Assembly: GCA_965232985.1 (NCBI GenBank)
Contig: CBDDRC010000043.1
Location: forward strand, 9,216-73,215
Length of the DNA stretch: 64,000 nt
Reading direction: 5' to 3'
DNA from: an uncultured bacterium
GTDB taxonomy: Bacteria > Pseudomonadota > Gammaproteobacteria > Pseudomonadales > JADFDG01
Below the pieces are notes generated by a model. It was not told the origin of the DNA. It worked only from the letters and a program-made list of their open reading frames with translations, and made no database searches. This document shows, piece after piece, positions 29,068 to 47,820 of the stretch. The position numbers and the translations under genes were made by a program. The stretch's first letter is position 1. Each line of letters opens with the position of its first letter.

Positions 29068-29832
29068 TTAGCGCGCGGATGCGCAAATTTCGAGAAACTC
29101 GCGGGCATCCAGCGACGCACCGCCCACCAAACCACCATCAATATCCGGCATCTCGAATAACACCCGTGCGTTACTCGCCCTCACGCTGCCGCCGTAAATG
29201 ATCCGGGTCGCAGCGGCAAGTCCTGCATCCTGTTGCGCAAGCCGGGCACGCAGCAATGCGTGAACTTCCTGCGCCTGCATGGGCGCCGCATTGCGCCCGG
29301 TGCCAATCGCCCAGATCGGCTCATAGGCAACCACGGCACCGGCAAAATCTTCTGCGCCAACCCGTAACAACACCGCATCCAATTGGCGGATAACCACCGC
29401 AGCAGTAACGCCGGCATCCCGCTCTGCCAGTGTCTCGCCGACACAAAGTATCGGTACAAGCTGCGCCGCACGCGCGGCAACAAACTTACCGGCAACCTGC
29501 ACATCGGTCTCGCCTGCATGTGCGCGACGCTCGGAGTGGCCAACGATCACCGCTGCGCAACCGGCGTCATGCAGCATCGCCGCCGATATCTGGCCCGTGA
29601 ACGCGCCGGCAGGGTGTTCGCTGACATCTTGGGACGCAACGCCTATCGACGATCCGCGTAATATTTCCGCAACCGCCGGAATGTGCAGGCACGGCGGCGC
29701 GACCAGAACATCACAGGTCAGGCCGGCCGAGCCGGCCAGCAGCATCCGGACCCGGCTCCGGGCCTGCGCTTCACTGCCATGCATTTTCCAGTTGCCGGCC
29801 ACCAGCGGGCGGCGCGTACCTTGCTGCACCAT
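29068..29832 (-). CDS. tpiA: triosephosphate isomerase
   Basis: PLVAGNWKMHG, VIVGHSERR, AYEPIWAIGTG. ATG 29832 follows AGGGGG; the GTG at 29829 is an alternative start. Confidence 0.9.
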   Translation of the reverse strand: MVQQGTRRPLVAGNWKMHGSEAQARSRVRMLLAGSAGLTCDVLVAPPCLHIPAVAEILRGSSIGVASQDVSEHPAGAFTGQISAAMLHDAGCAAVIVGHSERRAHAGETDVQVAGKFVAARAAQLVPILCVGETLAERDAGVTAAVVIRQLDAVLLRVGAEDFAGAVVAYEPIWAIGTGRNAAPMQAQEVHALLRARLAQQDAGLAAATRIIYGGSVRASNARVLFEMPDIDGGLVGGASLDAREFLEICASAR

Positions 29833-29938
29833 AATCCCCCTGGCCAATCACCCCGAAGGACACCTCAAAAGAAGCGCCCCAAAAAGGGAGCGCAATGTTA
29901 GCCGGTACCCTGCAGGAAGCCAACCGCGCTGCACAGAC

Positions 29939-31267
29939 TCAGGCCGATTCGGCCACCCTGCCTGCCAGCCAGCGGGCGAGCTCCTCAACCAGAACCCCGT
30001 CCTCACCCTCGACCATGACCCGCACCACGGGTTCGGTGCCGGAAGGGCGCAGCAATACCCGGCCGCGCCCGGCGAGCCTGGCCTCCACCTCGGCAACTCC
30101 CGACTGCACGGCGGCCCGACTGGCCGCATCACGCGGCGCCCGGACATTGATCATCACCTGCGGCAGCTTGTGCATGCCGCGCCGGGCCTCGTCGAGCGTC
30201 TGGCCACTGCGCGTCAACGCCGCCAGGACCTGCAATGCCGAGACCGTGCCGTCACCGGTACTCGTCTTGTCGAGACAAACAATGTGGCCACTGGATTCGC
30301 CGCCCAACAACCAGCCGCGCGATTCCAATTCCGCCATCACATAACGATCGCCGACATTGGCGCGCACGAAAGGTACGCCGAGCGCACGCATTGCCAGTTC
30401 AAATCCGAAGTTGCTCATCAACGTGCCAACCACGCCGCCGCCGAGTACGCCGCGTGCGTGCCTGTCATGCGCAATGATGTAAAGCAGCTCGTCGCCATCG
30501 ACCACCTCGCCATGACGATCAACCATGATCAAGCGATCGCCATCGCCATCGAGCGCAATGCCGAGATCGGCACCGGTCTCACGCACTTTTGCCTGCAGGG
30601 CAGCCGGATACGTTGAGCCGCAATCGCGATTGATATTGTAGCCGTCCGGTTCGGTGGCGATCTTGGTAACGCGCGCACCAAGCTCGTCGAAAACATCAGG
30701 GGCCGTGTTGTAACAGGCACCATTGGCGCCATCCACGACGATATGCAGCCCGGAAAGATTCAGCCCGAGCGGTACGGTTGATTTGCAGAATTCGATATAG
30801 CGGCCGCGCGCACCTTCCACCCGCACAGCTTTACCGAGCCGAGCCGACGGCACGGTGACCATCGGCTCATCAAGCATGTACTCAATACGGTGCTCGATTT
30901 CATCCGCCAGCTTCCGTCCTTCGCCGGAGAAAAACTTGATGCCGTTATCGTCGAACGCATTGTGCGAAGCAGAGATGACGATACCTGCCTGCGCATGAAA
31001 AGTTCGGGTCAGGTAAGCAATTGCGGGCGTCGGCATCGGCCCGAGCAGGCGCACATCGGCACCGGCAGCAACCAACCCGGCTTCCAGTGCCGACTCGAAC
31101 ATGTAGCCGGAAATACGGGTGTCCTTGCCAATCAGGATTTTCGACTTGCCGCGCTCCTGAAACACCTTGCCGGCGGCCCAGCCCAGCTTGAGAACAAAAT
31201 CCGGAGTGATCGGCGGCTCACCGACGCGACCACGAATGCCGTCGGTACCGAAATATCTTTTGGTCAT
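29939..31267 (-). CDS. glmM: phosphoglucosamine mutase
   Basis: YFGTDGIRG and phosphoserine loop [15 protein letters not shown]. Confidence 0.93.
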   Translation of the reverse strand: MTKRYFGTDGIRGRVGEPPITPDFVLKLGWAAGKVFQERGKSKILIGKDTRISGYMFESALEAGLVAAGADVRLLGPMPTPAIAYLTRTFHAQAGIVISASHNAFDDNGIKFFSGEGRKLADEIEHRIEYMLDEPMVTVPSARLGKAVRVEGARGRYIEFCKSTVPLGLNLSGLHIVVDGANGACYNTAPDVFDELGARVTKIATEPDGYNINRDCGSTYPAALQAKVRETGADLGIALDGDGDRLIMVDRHGEVVDGDELLYIIAHDRHARGVLGGGVVGTLMSNFGFELAMRALGVPFVRANVGDRYVMAELESRGWLLGGESSGHIVCLDKTSTGDGTVSALQVLAALTRSGQTLDEARRGMHKLPQVMINVRAPRDAASRAAVQSGVAEVEARLAGRGRVLLRPSGTEPVVRVMVEGEDGVLVEELARWLAGRVAESA

Positions 31268-32121
31268 TACAAAGTTTCCCCTGTCAGCGCCGCAACCACT
31301 GCGAGCGCGTCAACTGTGGCCGCGACATCATGCACACGCAGGATGGTCGCGCCCTTCATCGCCGCGATCACGGCCGCCGCCAGCGAGCCATACAGACGGC
31401 CGGCAACCGGGCGATCGGCTCGCCCGTCGTTGAGCGCGCGACCAATCATCGACTTGCGCGACACCCCGGCGAGCACCGGAACGCCCAATGACGACAGTTC
31501 ATCGAGCCGGCGCAACAACTGCAGATTATGCGTGAACGTCTTGCCGAAACCGAAGCCCGGATCGATCAGCAACCGATCGTAACCGATACCGGTCTCGACG
31601 CAAGCAGCGATACGCTGGCGCAGGAAGTCGCTCACCTCAACCACCACATCATCGTAATGCGGCGATTGCTGCATCGCGCCGGGTTCGCCCTGCATATGCA
31701 TCAAGCATATCGGCAAGCCCGTATCGCGCGCCGCCACGAGTGCGCCGTCGCGACGCAGGGCGCGGACATCATTGAGCAGGTGGGCGCCAGCCGCAGCGGC
31801 TGCGCGCATCAACTCTGGCGTGCCGGTGTCGACCGACACACACGTATCAAGTTCGCGGACAATGCGCTCGACCACTGGCACAACGCGATCAAGCTCTTCA
31901 TGGACACTGACCGGGCGTGCACCTGGCCGCGTGGACTCGCCACCCACATCAATGAGCGCCGCGCCTTCGTCCACCATGCGGCGCGCCTGCACGAGCGCAG
32001 CATCCGGCGTAGTGAAGCGGCCGCCATCGGAAAACGAGTCGGGCGTGACATTGAGGATGCCCATCACGCGCGGGCGCGAGAGGTCGAGGTCACGGTTGCC
32101 GCAACGCAGGTTGCGCCGCAT
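31267..32121 (-). CDS. folP: dihydropteroate synthase
   Basis: [16 protein letters not shown]. Trimmed to ATG 32121. The stop overlaps the glmM start (TAATG). Confidence 0.9.
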   Translation of the reverse strand: MRRNLRCGNRDLDLSRPRVMGILNVTPDSFSDGGRFTTPDAALVQARRMVDEGAALIDVGGESTRPGARPVSVHEELDRVVPVVERIVRELDTCVSVDTGTPELMRAAAAAGAHLLNDVRALRRDGALVAARDTGLPICLMHMQGEPGAMQQSPHYDDVVVEVSDFLRQRIAACVETGIGYDRLLIDPGFGFGKTFTHNLQLLRRLDELSSLGVPVLAGVSRKSMIGRALNDGRADRPVAGRLYGSLAAAVIAAMKGATILRVHDVAATVDALAVVAALTGETL

Positions 32122-32195
32122 GAGTGCCTCTGCCGGATCGTTGGCCGAAAAAATGCGGGCCCCGTTCAAGGAGCCCGCTCAGGAAACCTACCGCG

Positions 32196-34124
<1,929 letters not shown>

Positions 34125-34199
34125 GTCGTTCACGGGATTTGCCTCGCGAATTGCGGAAAATTCGCGCATCGCCAACAGACGACGCGGGGATATGTCACG

Positions 34200-34823
34200 T
34201 TACACCATTTCAAACCCCCGCCCCAGCAAATACACCTCGCTGGAACGGGCCCTGGAAGCACCGGGCTTGCGCACGAGCAACTGGCGGAAAGACTGCCGCA
34301 TCTCCTTGCGATAGGCGTCCACGCCCTCACCCTGAAAGGTCTTTACCAGCAAATCCCCGCCCGGCCGGAGCACGCGACGGGCAAGCTCCAGAGCCAGCTC
34401 CGCCAGATACATCGCCCGCGGTTGGTCCACCGACCGCTCCCCTGACATATTGGGGGCCATGTCCGAGATAACAAGGTCGGCTTGTCGATCGCCAAGCACC
34501 GCCAGCAGCGCCGCAAAGACAGCCTCCTCGCGAAAATCACCCAACACGAAGTGAACCCCCGGCAGCGGCTCCATCGGCAGGATGTCCGAGGCGATGACCA
34601 GCCCTTTAACGCCGACGAGGCCGGCGGCAACCTGCGACCAGCTGCCCGGAGCAGCGCCGAGATCGATGACCGTCATGCCAGGGCGCAGGAGGCGGTCTTT
34701 TTCCTGTATTTCCAGCAACTTGAAGACCGCACGCGAGCGGTAGCCCTGCTCCTGCGCCTGACGCACATAAGGATCATTGAAGTGTTCTTGCAACCAGCGG
34801 GAGCTGCTTTTGGAGCGAGACAC
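34200..34823 (-). CDS. rlmE: 23S rRNA (uridine2552-2'-O)-methyltransferase
   Basis: [18 protein letters not shown] motif [14 protein letters not shown] start. Confidence 0.9.
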   Translation of the reverse strand: MSRSKSSSRWLQEHFNDPYVRQAQEQGYRSRAVFKLLEIQEKDRLLRPGMTVIDLGAAPGSWSQVAAGLVGVKGLVIASDILPMEPLPGVHFVLGDFREEAVFAALLAVLGDRQADLVISDMAPNMSGERSVDQPRAMYLAELALELARRVLRPGGDLLVKTFQGEGVDAYRKEMRQSFRQLLVRKPGASRARSSEVYLLGRGFEMV

Positions 34824-34935
34824 GGCTGTCGTCCATCCGTTCGTGAATATGGCAGGAGCGGGAAAGTCATACTAACGGGCGCAGTGTGAGCGCGGCTAGA
34901 ATGGCCGCCCTTTGGGCTACCTGCCGGAGTTCGCC

Positions 34936-35253
34936 ATGGCGCTGTCCGCCGCCGAGAAAAAATACTTCCGTGGCATTGGCCACCACCTCAAGCCGGTGGT
35001 GCTGGTTGGCGGCGGCGGACTGTCCGAAACCCTGCTCGCCGAACTCGACCGGGCGCTTGAGGATCATGAGCTGATCAAGGTGAAGGTACACGCGGAAGAT
35101 CGCGATGCACGGCGCGCCGTGTTCGATAGCTTGCCGACCGCCTGCGCCTGCGAGCTGATCACCGCCATCGGCGGTATCGCGCTGATTTATCGCGCGGCGA
35201 AAAAGCAGAACAGGAAGCTGTCGAATCCGGTGCGCTACGCGAACACACCGTGA
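34936..35253 (+). CDS. yhbY: CRM-domain RNA-binding protein YhbY
   Basis: LSAAEKKYFRGIGHHLKPVVLVGGGGLSETLLAELDRALEDHELIKVKV. It is divergent from rlmE. Confidence 0.88.
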   Translation: MALSAAEKKYFRGIGHHLKPVVLVGGGGLSETLLAELDRALEDHELIKVKVHAEDRDARRAVFDSLPTACACELITAIGGIALIYRAAKKQNRKLSNPVRYANTP

Positions 35254-35268
35254 CTGCCGCATTTCCTG

Positions 35269-35750
35269 CTATGTGTGGCGAACTTCCTCAATTTCATATT
35301 CAACGACACCACCGGGTGTCTGCACCGGCACCACATCGCCTTCTTCCTTGCCCATCAACGCGCGGGCGATCGGCGACGTGTTTGATATCTTGTTCACTTT
35401 GATGTCGGCCTCATCTTCACCAACGATGGTGTAGGTCACGCGCTCACCCGACGCAACATTGGCGATATCGACGGTCGTGCCAAAAATCACCTTGCCGGTT
35501 TTGGCAATGCGGCTGACGTCGATGACCACGCAATTCGAGAGTTTCATCTCGATTTCCTGAACCCGCCCTTCAGCAAAGCCCTGTTGCTCGCGCGCCGCGT
35601 GGTACTCGGCGTTCTCGCGCAGGTCGCCATGCGCCCGCGCCTCGGCGATCGCGGCAGAAATGCGCTGCCGATCCACGGTCTTGAGCCGTTGCAGTTCCTC
35701 GCGCAGCGCCTCGGCGCCAGCGACAGTCATCGGGTAACGCGTTGGTGTAC

Positions 35751-35754
<4 letters not shown>
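35269..35754 (-). CDS. greA: transcription elongation factor GreA
   Basis: [17 protein letters not shown] coiled-coil tip and a C-terminal FKBP-like domain. The start overlaps the carB stop (ATGA). Confidence 0.92.
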
Positions 35755-39026
<3,272 letters not shown>

Positions 39027-39032
39027 GGTGTT

Positions 39033-40175
39033 CTACCGGCTTTGGCGGCGGGCTTGCATCAGTTCAATGAATTGGTCGAACAACACGTCGGCCTCGTGCG
39101 GACCGGGGCTGGCTTCCGGGTGGCCCTGGAAACTGAACGCCGGCCGGTCCGTGCGCTGGATACCCTGATTACTGCCGTCGAACAGCGAGCGATGGGTGAC
39201 GCGCAGGTTCGCCGGCAACGTTGCCTCATTCACTGCGAAACCATGATTCTGCGCAGTGATCATTACGCGGCCGGTGTGCAGAACCTGCACCGGGTGGTTG
39301 GCGCCGTGGTGACCGAACTTCATCTTCAGGGTCTGCGCGCCGGAAGCGAGCGCCAGCAACTGATGGCCCAGGCAGATACCGAACACCGGCAAGTCGGTGG
39401 TCAGGAATTCGCGGATCGCGGCGATGGCGTAATCGCAGGGTGCCGGATCGCCGGGGCCATTGGAGAGAAAGACGCCGTCCGGCTGAAGTGCACGCACCTC
39501 GGCAGCCGTGGTTTGTGCGGGAACCACCGTAAGCTTGCAGCCGCGATCGACCAGCATGCGCAGGATGTTGCGCTTGACGCCGAAATCGTAAGCGACGACA
39601 TGGAACGGTTGCTGTGCGGGTGCCTGCCGGTGGCCCTTACCCAACTGCCAGGTGCCTTCGTTCCACCGGTAAGCCGTCGCGCAGGTTACTTCCTTCGCCA
39701 AGTCCATACCCTGCAAACCCGGGAACGCCCGGGCGACGGCGACAGCTGCCTGCTCGTCGATCTGTTCGCCGGCAACGACGCAGCCGTTCTGGGCGCCCTT
39801 GTCGCGCAAAAGGCGCGTCAGGCGGCGGGTATCGATCTCGGCGATGCCAACGATGTTGCGCGCCCGCAGCCAGCCCGACAGATCCTGTGTCGCGCGAAAG
39901 CTCGATGCCACCAGCGAGGCGTCACGAATCACCAGCCCGGCACACCAGGCGCGGCCAGCCTCGTCATCCTCATCGTTCACCCCGGTATTGCCGATATGCG
40001 GGTGCGTGAGCGTGACGATCTGGCGGGCATAGGACGGGTCGGTGACGATCTCCTGGTAACCGGTCATCGCGGTGTTGAATACCACTTCCCCGACGGATTG
40101 CCCGCTGGCGCCCAGGGCGACGCCGCGGAACAGGCTGCCATCTTCGAGTGCGAGCAGGGCGGGTGTAACAGCCAA
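39033..40175 (-). CDS. carA: carbamoyl-phosphate synthase small (glutaminase) subunit
   Basis: [13 protein letters not shown] and catalytic Cys in [10 protein letters not shown]. The TTG at 40175 follows GGAGG with an 8-nt spacer. The track start, GTG 40190, directly abuts a stop codon and overlaps that SD. Confidence 0.9.
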   Translation of the reverse strand: MAVTPALLALEDGSLFRGVALGASGQSVGEVVFNTAMTGYQEIVTDPSYARQIVTLTHPHIGNTGVNDEDDEAGRAWCAGLVIRDASLVASSFRATQDLSGWLRARNIVGIAEIDTRRLTRLLRDKGAQNGCVVAGEQIDEQAAVAVARAFPGLQGMDLAKEVTCATAYRWNEGTWQLGKGHRQAPAQQPFHVVAYDFGVKRNILRMLVDRGCKLTVVPAQTTAAEVRALQPDGVFLSNGPGDPAPCDYAIAAIREFLTTDLPVFGICLGHQLLALASGAQTLKMKFGHHGANHPVQVLHTGRVMITAQNHGFAVNEATLPANLRVTHRSLFDGSNQGIQRTDRPAFSFQGHPEASPGPHEADVLFDQFIELMQARRQSR

Positions 40176-40280
40176 GGGACCTACCTCCACTTAAGGTTGT
40201 GCGCAGCCTCCCCGCAGCCAGCGGTGCTGCAGGGTCCACCGGGAATCCCGACGTTTGGACTTTGAAAGATAGCTGACCAC

Positions 40281-40312
40281 AAAAAAGCGAGATGAAGCCG
40301 GCTTCATCTCGC
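40281..40312 (-). terminator. intrinsic terminator downstream of dapB and upstream of carA (may act as a carA attenuator)
   Basis: On the minus strand: GCGAGATGAAGCCGGCTTCATCTCGC (11-bp GCGAGATGAAG/CTTCATCTCGC arms around a CCGG loop) followed by TTTTTT. It lies ~150 nt after the dapB stop and ~105 nt before the carA start. Confidence 0.8.
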
Positions 40313-40464
40313 TTTGTGAATCTGTCTGATCATGGGGCCTGGCCGTGCCGGGAAGACGCCCCGCCCCGGGTCCGGGATTCTAGGCGCAAAGCTCTCCTGC
40401 CGCCACCCCGAATCGGTCTGCCGGCAAGCGGATCAGCCTCGATTCGCGCCGGCGCAAACAGCGC

Positions 40465-42437
<1,973 letters not shown>

Positions 42438-42501
42438 GATCTTCTCCGCTCCGTGTGAAAAACAAAGTGCCTGATGATAAAAACTTTTTTGAAAAATCTG
42501 C

Positions 42502-43656
42502 TCAGAATTGCGAAATGAGGAACGGCTCGCCCGTCACGCAGTACAGGTTTTTCCCCGTCCGGTTCTGATACTTGCGCCGTTTGCGGTCGTAACTGCCGAA
42601 ACCGCCACCGAACGCCTTGTAGTCCTGCACCTCTGCCAGTCGCTTTTTCGCGTAGGCGATATCAAGCGCCTCGATCGCATGCCTGGGCGTAAACGACGCG
42701 GCCAGCTCCAGCTGGGTGATGGCTTCGTCGATTGCTGCAGCGTTGTCCACGTACAGCATCGCATTGGCATATTCAAAACGAGTCAACGCCACATCCGGCA
42801 CCAGCGCAAAGGATGTCTCGAAACGAGTTTTCGCATCGTCAGCGCTGGTGCCGAACACCATCTTCGCGCCAAATGCGCCGGCGCGGCGGATGATATTGGC
42901 GCCAATCCCGGCCGAGAGCGCAAGTCCCATCGGGTGCTCAGGATAAGCAGTGAGGATATCGTTACTGGCTTCCGTGACCTTGCCGATGTAATCGCGCAGC
43001 AGCGCCGTGGGAATCGACACATCCTCGGCAACACGGCCAACACCATAGGCGTAACCCAGACGGATCATCGCGTAATCGGCACGATACTGCGGATCGTCCG
43101 CCGGGCGCGGCTGGAACACCGTGCCATAGTAGATGATGCCGCCTACGGCATCCTGCAACAGCGCGTGCTTCTCCTTGAGAGTATCGGCAAGATAGATCGA
43201 ATAAATAAGCTGCGCGAATAGCGCGGGTACGCGCGCGAAGCCGCCGTACTCGTTGCCAAGCTCGCGCGCGGCCTGAAAATCGCCACGGAAGAAAAGCAGC
43301 CAGACTTCCAGCGCGTTGCGGCTATGCAGCGCATAGTCCTCGTCCTGAAATTTCAGCTCCGTCCACAACTGCGGGTAGCGCGCGTAGCGTTTGCGCAGAT
43401 ATTCGGGTGACGGGAACGGGATCAGGTAGCCGCGCAGCAAAGTGTCCCAATGCGTCTCCATCTCCGCAAAGGTATAGCTGAACGATGTTGCATCGAAGGG
43501 CAAGGCACGCCATGGCCGCCGGGTGTAGTCGGCGTCGGCAGTGAGCGTGTCGGCAAGCTCACCTTCGTCGTTGGCCCGCAACCCGAACGGCGTCAACAGG
43601 AGCGAAGCTGAAGTGCCGGCGAGGAATGCGCGCCGGGTAAAGCCGGGATTTGTCAT
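42502..43656 (-). CDS. Tat-signal periplasmic protein of unknown function (helical, TPR-like feel)
   Basis: Trimmed to ATG 43656: MTNPGFTRRAFLAGTSASLLLTPFGLRA, a twin-arginine motif T-R-R-x-F-L followed by an h-region. No recognisable catalytic motifs. Confidence 0.6.
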   Translation of the reverse strand: MTNPGFTRRAFLAGTSASLLLTPFGLRANDEGELADTLTADADYTRRPWRALPFDATSFSYTFAEMETHWDTLLRGYLIPFPSPEYLRKRYARYPQLWTELKFQDEDYALHSRNALEVWLLFFRGDFQAARELGNEYGGFARVPALFAQLIYSIYLADTLKEKHALLQDAVGGIIYYGTVFQPRPADDPQYRADYAMIRLGYAYGVGRVAEDVSIPTALLRDYIGKVTEASNDILTAYPEHPMGLALSAGIGANIIRRAGAFGAKMVFGTSADDAKTRFETSFALVPDVALTRFEYANAMLYVDNAAAIDEAITQLELAASFTPRHAIEALDIAYAKKRLAEVQDYKAFGGGFGSYDRKRRKYQNRTGKNLYCVTGEPFLISQF

Positions 43657-43785
43657 TATTGTTGTCCCACGTCCTTGCGCACTGCCCCGGAGAATACGGG
43701 AGCCGGCGCCAGCGGGGCAACGCAGGCCCGCCCGGCGGCTGGGCCGCACGTCCGAACTACGAAGAACGCACGAGCCGCGCGCGGC

Positions 43786-44901
43786 TCAGATATCGCTGAA
43801 GAACTTCTTCAGCGAGTCGTACCAGCCCTGCCGCCGCGGCGAGTTGGACGCCTGTTTGAGCGAATCCTGGAATGCGCGCAGCAACTCCTTCTGCTTGCCA
43901 TTGAGACTGACTGGCGTCTCGACCACGACACGGCAGATGAGGTCGCCTTGGCCTGCGCCCCGCACGTTCGGCACGCCCTTGCCGCGCACCCGGAACAGCT
44001 TGCCGGTCTGACTCTCGGCCGGAATCTTCAGCTTCACGCGGCCATCCATGGTTGGCACTTCAAGCTCGCCGCCAAGCGCGGCATCAACAAAGGAGATCGG
44101 TACCTCGCACAACAGGTCGTTACCCTCGCGCGTGAAGAACTCGTGCGCGTTGACCGACACCTGCACATACAGATCCCCCGGCGGCCCCCCCATCGGGCCG
44201 GCCTCACCTTCACCGGCCAGGCGGATGCGATCGCCGCTGTCGACACCGGCCGGGATGGTCACGCTGAGCGTCTTCGATTTCTGCACCCGACCCTGCCCGC
44301 GGCAATCAGGGCAGGGATCCTTGATCGTCTTGCCGGTGCCACGGCACGCCGGACAGGTTTGCTGCAGCGTGAAGAAGCCCTGCTGCATACGCACCTGGCC
44401 GTGGCCCTTGCAGGTAGTGCAGACGACCGGCGTCGAGCCCTTCTTCGCACCGGAGCCGGCGCAGGTGCCACAGGCCTCCAGCTTGGGCACCTTGATCTGC
44501 ACCTTGCTGCCGCGCACCGCATCTTCCAGTTCAATCTCAAGCGTGTAGCGCAAATCGGCGCCACGCTGCGCAGCGCTACGGGCGCGGCCGCCACCACCAC
44601 CGAAGATATCGCCGAATACGTCGCCGAAAATATCGTTGAAACTCGGGCCTGCACCGCCACCGGCGCCCATGCTCGGATCGACACCGGCATGGCCGAGGCG
44701 ATCGTACGCCGCACGCTTCTGCTCGTCAGAAAGGATCTCGTAGGCTGCCTGTACTTCCTTGAATTTTTCTTCGGCGGACTTGTCGTCCGGATTGCGATCC
44801 GGGTGATGCTTCATCGCCAGCTTGCGATAAGCCTTCTTGATGTCTTCTGCCGAAGCATCCTTGGCAACGCCAAGCACTTCATAAAAATCACGTTTCGACA
44901 T
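43786..44901 (-). CDS. dnaJ: chaperone DnaJ
   Basis: J-domain HPD (KHHPDRNP), a G/F region and four CxxCxGxG repeats. Confidence 0.95.
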   Translation of the reverse strand: MSKRDFYEVLGVAKDASAEDIKKAYRKLAMKHHPDRNPDDKSAEEKFKEVQAAYEILSDEQKRAAYDRLGHAGVDPSMGAGGGAGPSFNDIFGDVFGDIFGGGGGRARSAAQRGADLRYTLEIELEDAVRGSKVQIKVPKLEACGTCAGSGAKKGSTPVVCTTCKGHGQVRMQQGFFTLQQTCPACRGTGKTIKDPCPDCRGQGRVQKSKTLSVTIPAGVDSGDRIRLAGEGEAGPMGGPPGDLYVQVSVNAHEFFTREGNDLLCEVPISFVDAALGGELEVPTMDGRVKLKIPAESQTGKLFRVRGKGVPNVRGAGQGDLICRVVVETPVSLNGKQKELLRAFQDSLKQASNSPRRQGWYDSLKKFFSDI

Positions 44902-44960
44902 GACGCCCAGGCTCCGTGCTGCTCAATACAGCGATCAGGGATACATACATCGGCCGCTGC

Positions 44961-44999
44961 GAAAAACACGAAAGCGCGGACCTGTGCCGCGCTTTCGTG
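44961..44999 (-). terminator. intrinsic terminator/attenuator between dnaK and dnaJ
   Basis: On the minus strand: 13-bp stem CACGAAAGCGCGG..CCGCGCTTTCGTG followed by TTTTTC. Confidence 0.8.
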
Positions 45000-45012
45000 A
45001 AAGCACTGCAGT

Positions 45013-46938
45013 TTACTGCTTGTCGTCGCCTTTCACTTCCTCAAACTCGGCATCGACGGCACCTTCATGTGCCTGCGGCTGCGCGCCAGCATCACCTGCG
45101 CCGGCCTGCTGCGCGGCCGCTGCTGCTGCAGCCTGAAGCTTCTGCGCGATTCCTTCCGATGCCTTGGCCAGCAACTCGGTCTTCGCCTCGATGGTCGCCT
45201 TGTCGTCGGACTTGATCGCCTCCTCAAGATCCTTGATCGCTTCCTCAACCTTGGCTTTCTCATCGGCAGTCGCGGTGTCGCCCGCTTCAGCCAACATCTT
45301 TTTCGTCGCATGCACGATGCCGTCAGCCATATTGCGCGCCAGCACCAGTTCCTCGAACTTCTTGTCGGCTTCCTTGTTCGCCTCGGCGTCCTGGACCATG
45401 CGCTTGATTTCTTCCTCGGTCAGGCCACTCGACGCCTTGATGACGATCGACTGCTGCTTGCCGGTGTTCTTGTCCTTGGCGCTCACATTGAGGATGCCGT
45501 TGGCGTCGATGTCGAAGGTGACCTCGATTTGCGGCATGCCGCGCTGCGCCGGCGGAATATCGGCCAGATCGAAGCGGCCCAGCGTCTTGTTCTGGCTGGC
45601 CTGCTTGCGCTCACCCTGCAGGACGTGCACGGTAACGGCAGGCTGATTGTCTTCCGCCGTCGAGAACACCTGCGACTTCTTGGTCGGGATGGTGGTGTTT
45701 TTGTCGATGAGCGCCGTCATCACGCCACCCATGGTCTCAATACCAAGCGTCAGCGGCGTAACGTCGAGCAGCAGCACGTCCTTGCGCTCGCCGGAAAGAA
45801 CCGAGCCCTGAATTGCCGCGCCAACCGCAACGGCCTCGTCCGGATTCACGTCCTTGCGCGGCTCCTTACCGAAAAATTCCTTCACCTTCTGCTGCACCAG
45901 CGGCATGCGCGTCTGGCCACCGACAAGAATGACGTCGGCGATCTCGGCGGCCGACAGACCGGCATCCTTCATCGCGATGCGGCACGGCTCGATGGTGCGC
46001 GCGACCAGATCCTCGACCAGCGACTCGAGCTTGGCGCGCGTCAACTTCAGGTTGAGATGTTTCGGGCCGCTGGCATCGGCGGTGATATACGGCAGGTTGA
46101 TGTCGGTCTGCTGGCTCGACGACAACTCGATCTTCGCTTTTTCAGCGGCCTCCTTCAGGCGCTGCAGGGCCAGCGGATCCTTGCGCAGGTCAACTGACGA
46201 ATCCTTCTTGAATTCTTCCACCAGGTAGTCGATAACGCGCATGTCGAAGTCTTCGCCGCCAAGGAAAGTGTCGCCGTTGGTGGAGAGCACCTCAAACTGG
46301 TGGTCGCCCTCGACATTGGCGATCTCGATGATGGAAATATCGAAAGTGCCGCCGCCTAGGTCATACACGGCAATCTTGCGGTCGCCTTCCTGCTTGTCGA
46401 GCCCGAACGCGAGCGCAGCAGCAGTCGGCTCGTTGATAATGCGCTTGACGTCCAGACCGGCGATGCGGCCGGCATCCTTGGTTGCCTGGCGCTGCGAATC
46501 GTTGAAATAAGCCGGCACCGTGATGACGGCTTCGGTCACCGGCTCACCGAGGTAATCCTCGGCGGTCTTCTTCATCTTTTTCAGCACTTCGGCAGAAATC
46601 TGCGGCGGCGCCATTTTCTTGCCGCGCGCTTCCACCCAGGCATCGCCATTGTCGGCCGCAACAATTTTGTACGGCACCATCTTGATGTCCTTCTGCACGA
46701 CATCGTCAGTAAACTTGCGGCCGATCAGCCGCTTCACCGCAAACACGGTGTGCTGCGGGTTGGTGACGGACTGGCGCTTGGCGCTCTGGCCGACGAGGAT
46801 CTCGTCGTCGGTGTAGGCAACAACCGACGGCGTGGTGCGCGCGCCCTCGCTGTTCTCGATAACCTTGATGTTGTCGCCATCCAGGATGGCGATGCAGCTG
46901 TTGGTGGTGCCGAGGTCAATCCCGATGATCTTGCCCAT
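45013..46938 (-). CDS. dnaK: chaperone DnaK (Hsp70)
   Basis: [28 protein letters not shown]; 641 aa. Confidence 0.97.
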   Translation of the reverse strand: MGKIIGIDLGTTNSCIAILDGDNIKVIENSEGARTTPSVVAYTDDEILVGQSAKRQSVTNPQHTVFAVKRLIGRKFTDDVVQKDIKMVPYKIVAADNGDAWVEARGKKMAPPQISAEVLKKMKKTAEDYLGEPVTEAVITVPAYFNDSQRQATKDAGRIAGLDVKRIINEPTAAALAFGLDKQEGDRKIAVYDLGGGTFDISIIEIANVEGDHQFEVLSTNGDTFLGGEDFDMRVIDYLVEEFKKDSSVDLRKDPLALQRLKEAAEKAKIELSSSQQTDINLPYITADASGPKHLNLKLTRAKLESLVEDLVARTIEPCRIAMKDAGLSAAEIADVILVGGQTRMPLVQQKVKEFFGKEPRKDVNPDEAVAVGAAIQGSVLSGERKDVLLLDVTPLTLGIETMGGVMTALIDKNTTIPTKKSQVFSTAEDNQPAVTVHVLQGERKQASQNKTLGRFDLADIPPAQRGMPQIEVTFDIDANGILNVSAKDKNTGKQQSIVIKASSGLTEEEIKRMVQDAEANKEADKKFEELVLARNMADGIVHATKKMLAEAGDTATADEKAKVEEAIKDLEEAIKSDDKATIEAKTELLAKASEGIAQKLQAAAAAAAQQAGAGDAGAQPQAHEGAVDAEFEEVKGDDKQ

Positions 46939-47021
46939 GGTCGTATGCTCCGTTTGTGGCAGCCGGCGCGCTTTGGTGGCGCCCCGGCGGGGTCATGTGT
47001 TCAGTAGCCTGCTCGATGGCC

Positions 47022-47049
47022 TAGATGGGGCCGCCGGGCGACGGTTCAA
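47022..47049 (-). promoter_or_regulatory. sigma32-type heat-shock promoter for dnaK
   Basis: On the minus strand: CTTGAA-14 nt-CCCCATCT (consensus CTTGAAA-N13-15-CCCCATnT). The -10 element ends 83 nt before the dnaK ATG. Confidence 0.75.
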
Positions 47050-47073
47050 GGTGTAGCGCCAGGATGGGTGCAC

Positions 47074-47637
47074 TCAAGGTGCGCGTGCCACCACCACAAT
47101 CGCCGGGCGCAGCAGGCGGCCAGCAAGCTGAAAGCCCTTTTGCATCACCTCGATAATGGTGTTCGGGGCCAGATCGCCGCGCGGAACCTGCGCCACCGCC
47201 TCGTGAAACTGCGGATTGAACGGCTGGCCCGCCGGGTCGATTTCCTCAACATCGAACTTGCGCAGGGTGTCCTTGAACAGCTTCAGCGTCAGCGCCATGC
47301 CGTCGCGGGCCGGCTGCTGACCCGGGTCGTCGGCACTGAGCGAGACCAGGCCGCGATCGAGGCTGTCGACCACCGCGAGTAACTCGCCGGCAAACTTCTC
47401 GAGCACATATTTGCGGCTGTTCTCGGCATCACGCTCCAGGCGCTTGCGGACATTCTGGAGCTCGGCATGGGCGCGCAAGGTGGCCTCGGCAGCTTCCTTG
47501 CGGGCCGCCTCAAGCTCGGTGCGCAGGACAGCGAGCTCGGCTTCGGCGCCGGCCAGGGCCGCCTCGGCGTCATAGGCAGGTGCTGCGCCAGAGCCTGCCC
47601 GTTGCGGCGGGGGCTGCTGCGTAACGTCGTCGGTCAT
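47074..47637 (-). CDS. grpE: nucleotide exchange factor GrpE
   Basis: Trimmed to ATG 47637 (RBS GAGGAG). RAHAELQNVRKRLERD, LPVVDSL-like AVVDSLDRG, GYQL-like KGFQLAGRLLRPA. Confidence 0.92.
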   Translation of the reverse strand: MTDDVTQQPPPQRAGSGAAPAYDAEAALAGAEAELAVLRTELEAARKEAAEATLRAHAELQNVRKRLERDAENSRKYVLEKFAGELLAVVDSLDRGLVSLSADDPGQQPARDGMALTLKLFKDTLRKFDVEEIDPAGQPFNPQFHEAVAQVPRGDLAPNTIIEVMQKGFQLAGRLLRPAIVVVARAP

Positions 47638-47702
47638 GTCGACTCCTCGGGACTTAAGGCGATAGGCGGCCGCAGGCTGTGACGTGCAGTCCGGTGGGCC
47701 GG

Positions 47703-47730
47703 ATGTGGGGGCCGGAACGGCGATTTCAAG
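47703..47730 (-). promoter_or_regulatory. sigma32-type heat-shock promoter for grpE
   Basis: On the minus strand: CTTGAAA-13 nt-CCCCACAT, ending 65 nt upstream of the grpE ATG, in the cti-grpE spacer. Confidence 0.65.
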
Positions 47731-47820
47731 CACCCCTGCCGGCTGCTGCGGGCCGCCGCAGGGCCGCCATGATGCCCAAAGGCCGCCGGACTGGCGAGGG
47801 GGAACCGTCTTGCCGGGCAA

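Noticed and set aside
45067-46197. A 376-aa plus-strand ORF, and further long ORFs at 43675..45000, 26135..27877, 32124..34445, 20244..21497, 7668..9197, 14512..15702 and 816..1838.
   Set aside because: All are antisense to strongly supported housekeeping genes: dnaK, dnaJ, nusA, ftsH, pnp, cbrA, panBC and mrcB. The anti-dnaK frame is the kind of ORF that, as I recall, has been mis-annotated as 'NAD-specific glutamate dehydrogenase'. None has independent coding evidence.
47056-47085. A CIRCE-like half-site GCACTC-N9-GTGCCACC near the grpE 3' end.
   Set aside because: The second arm does not match GAGTGCTAA, and the sequence lies across the end of the grpE coding region. It is not a credible HrcA operator.
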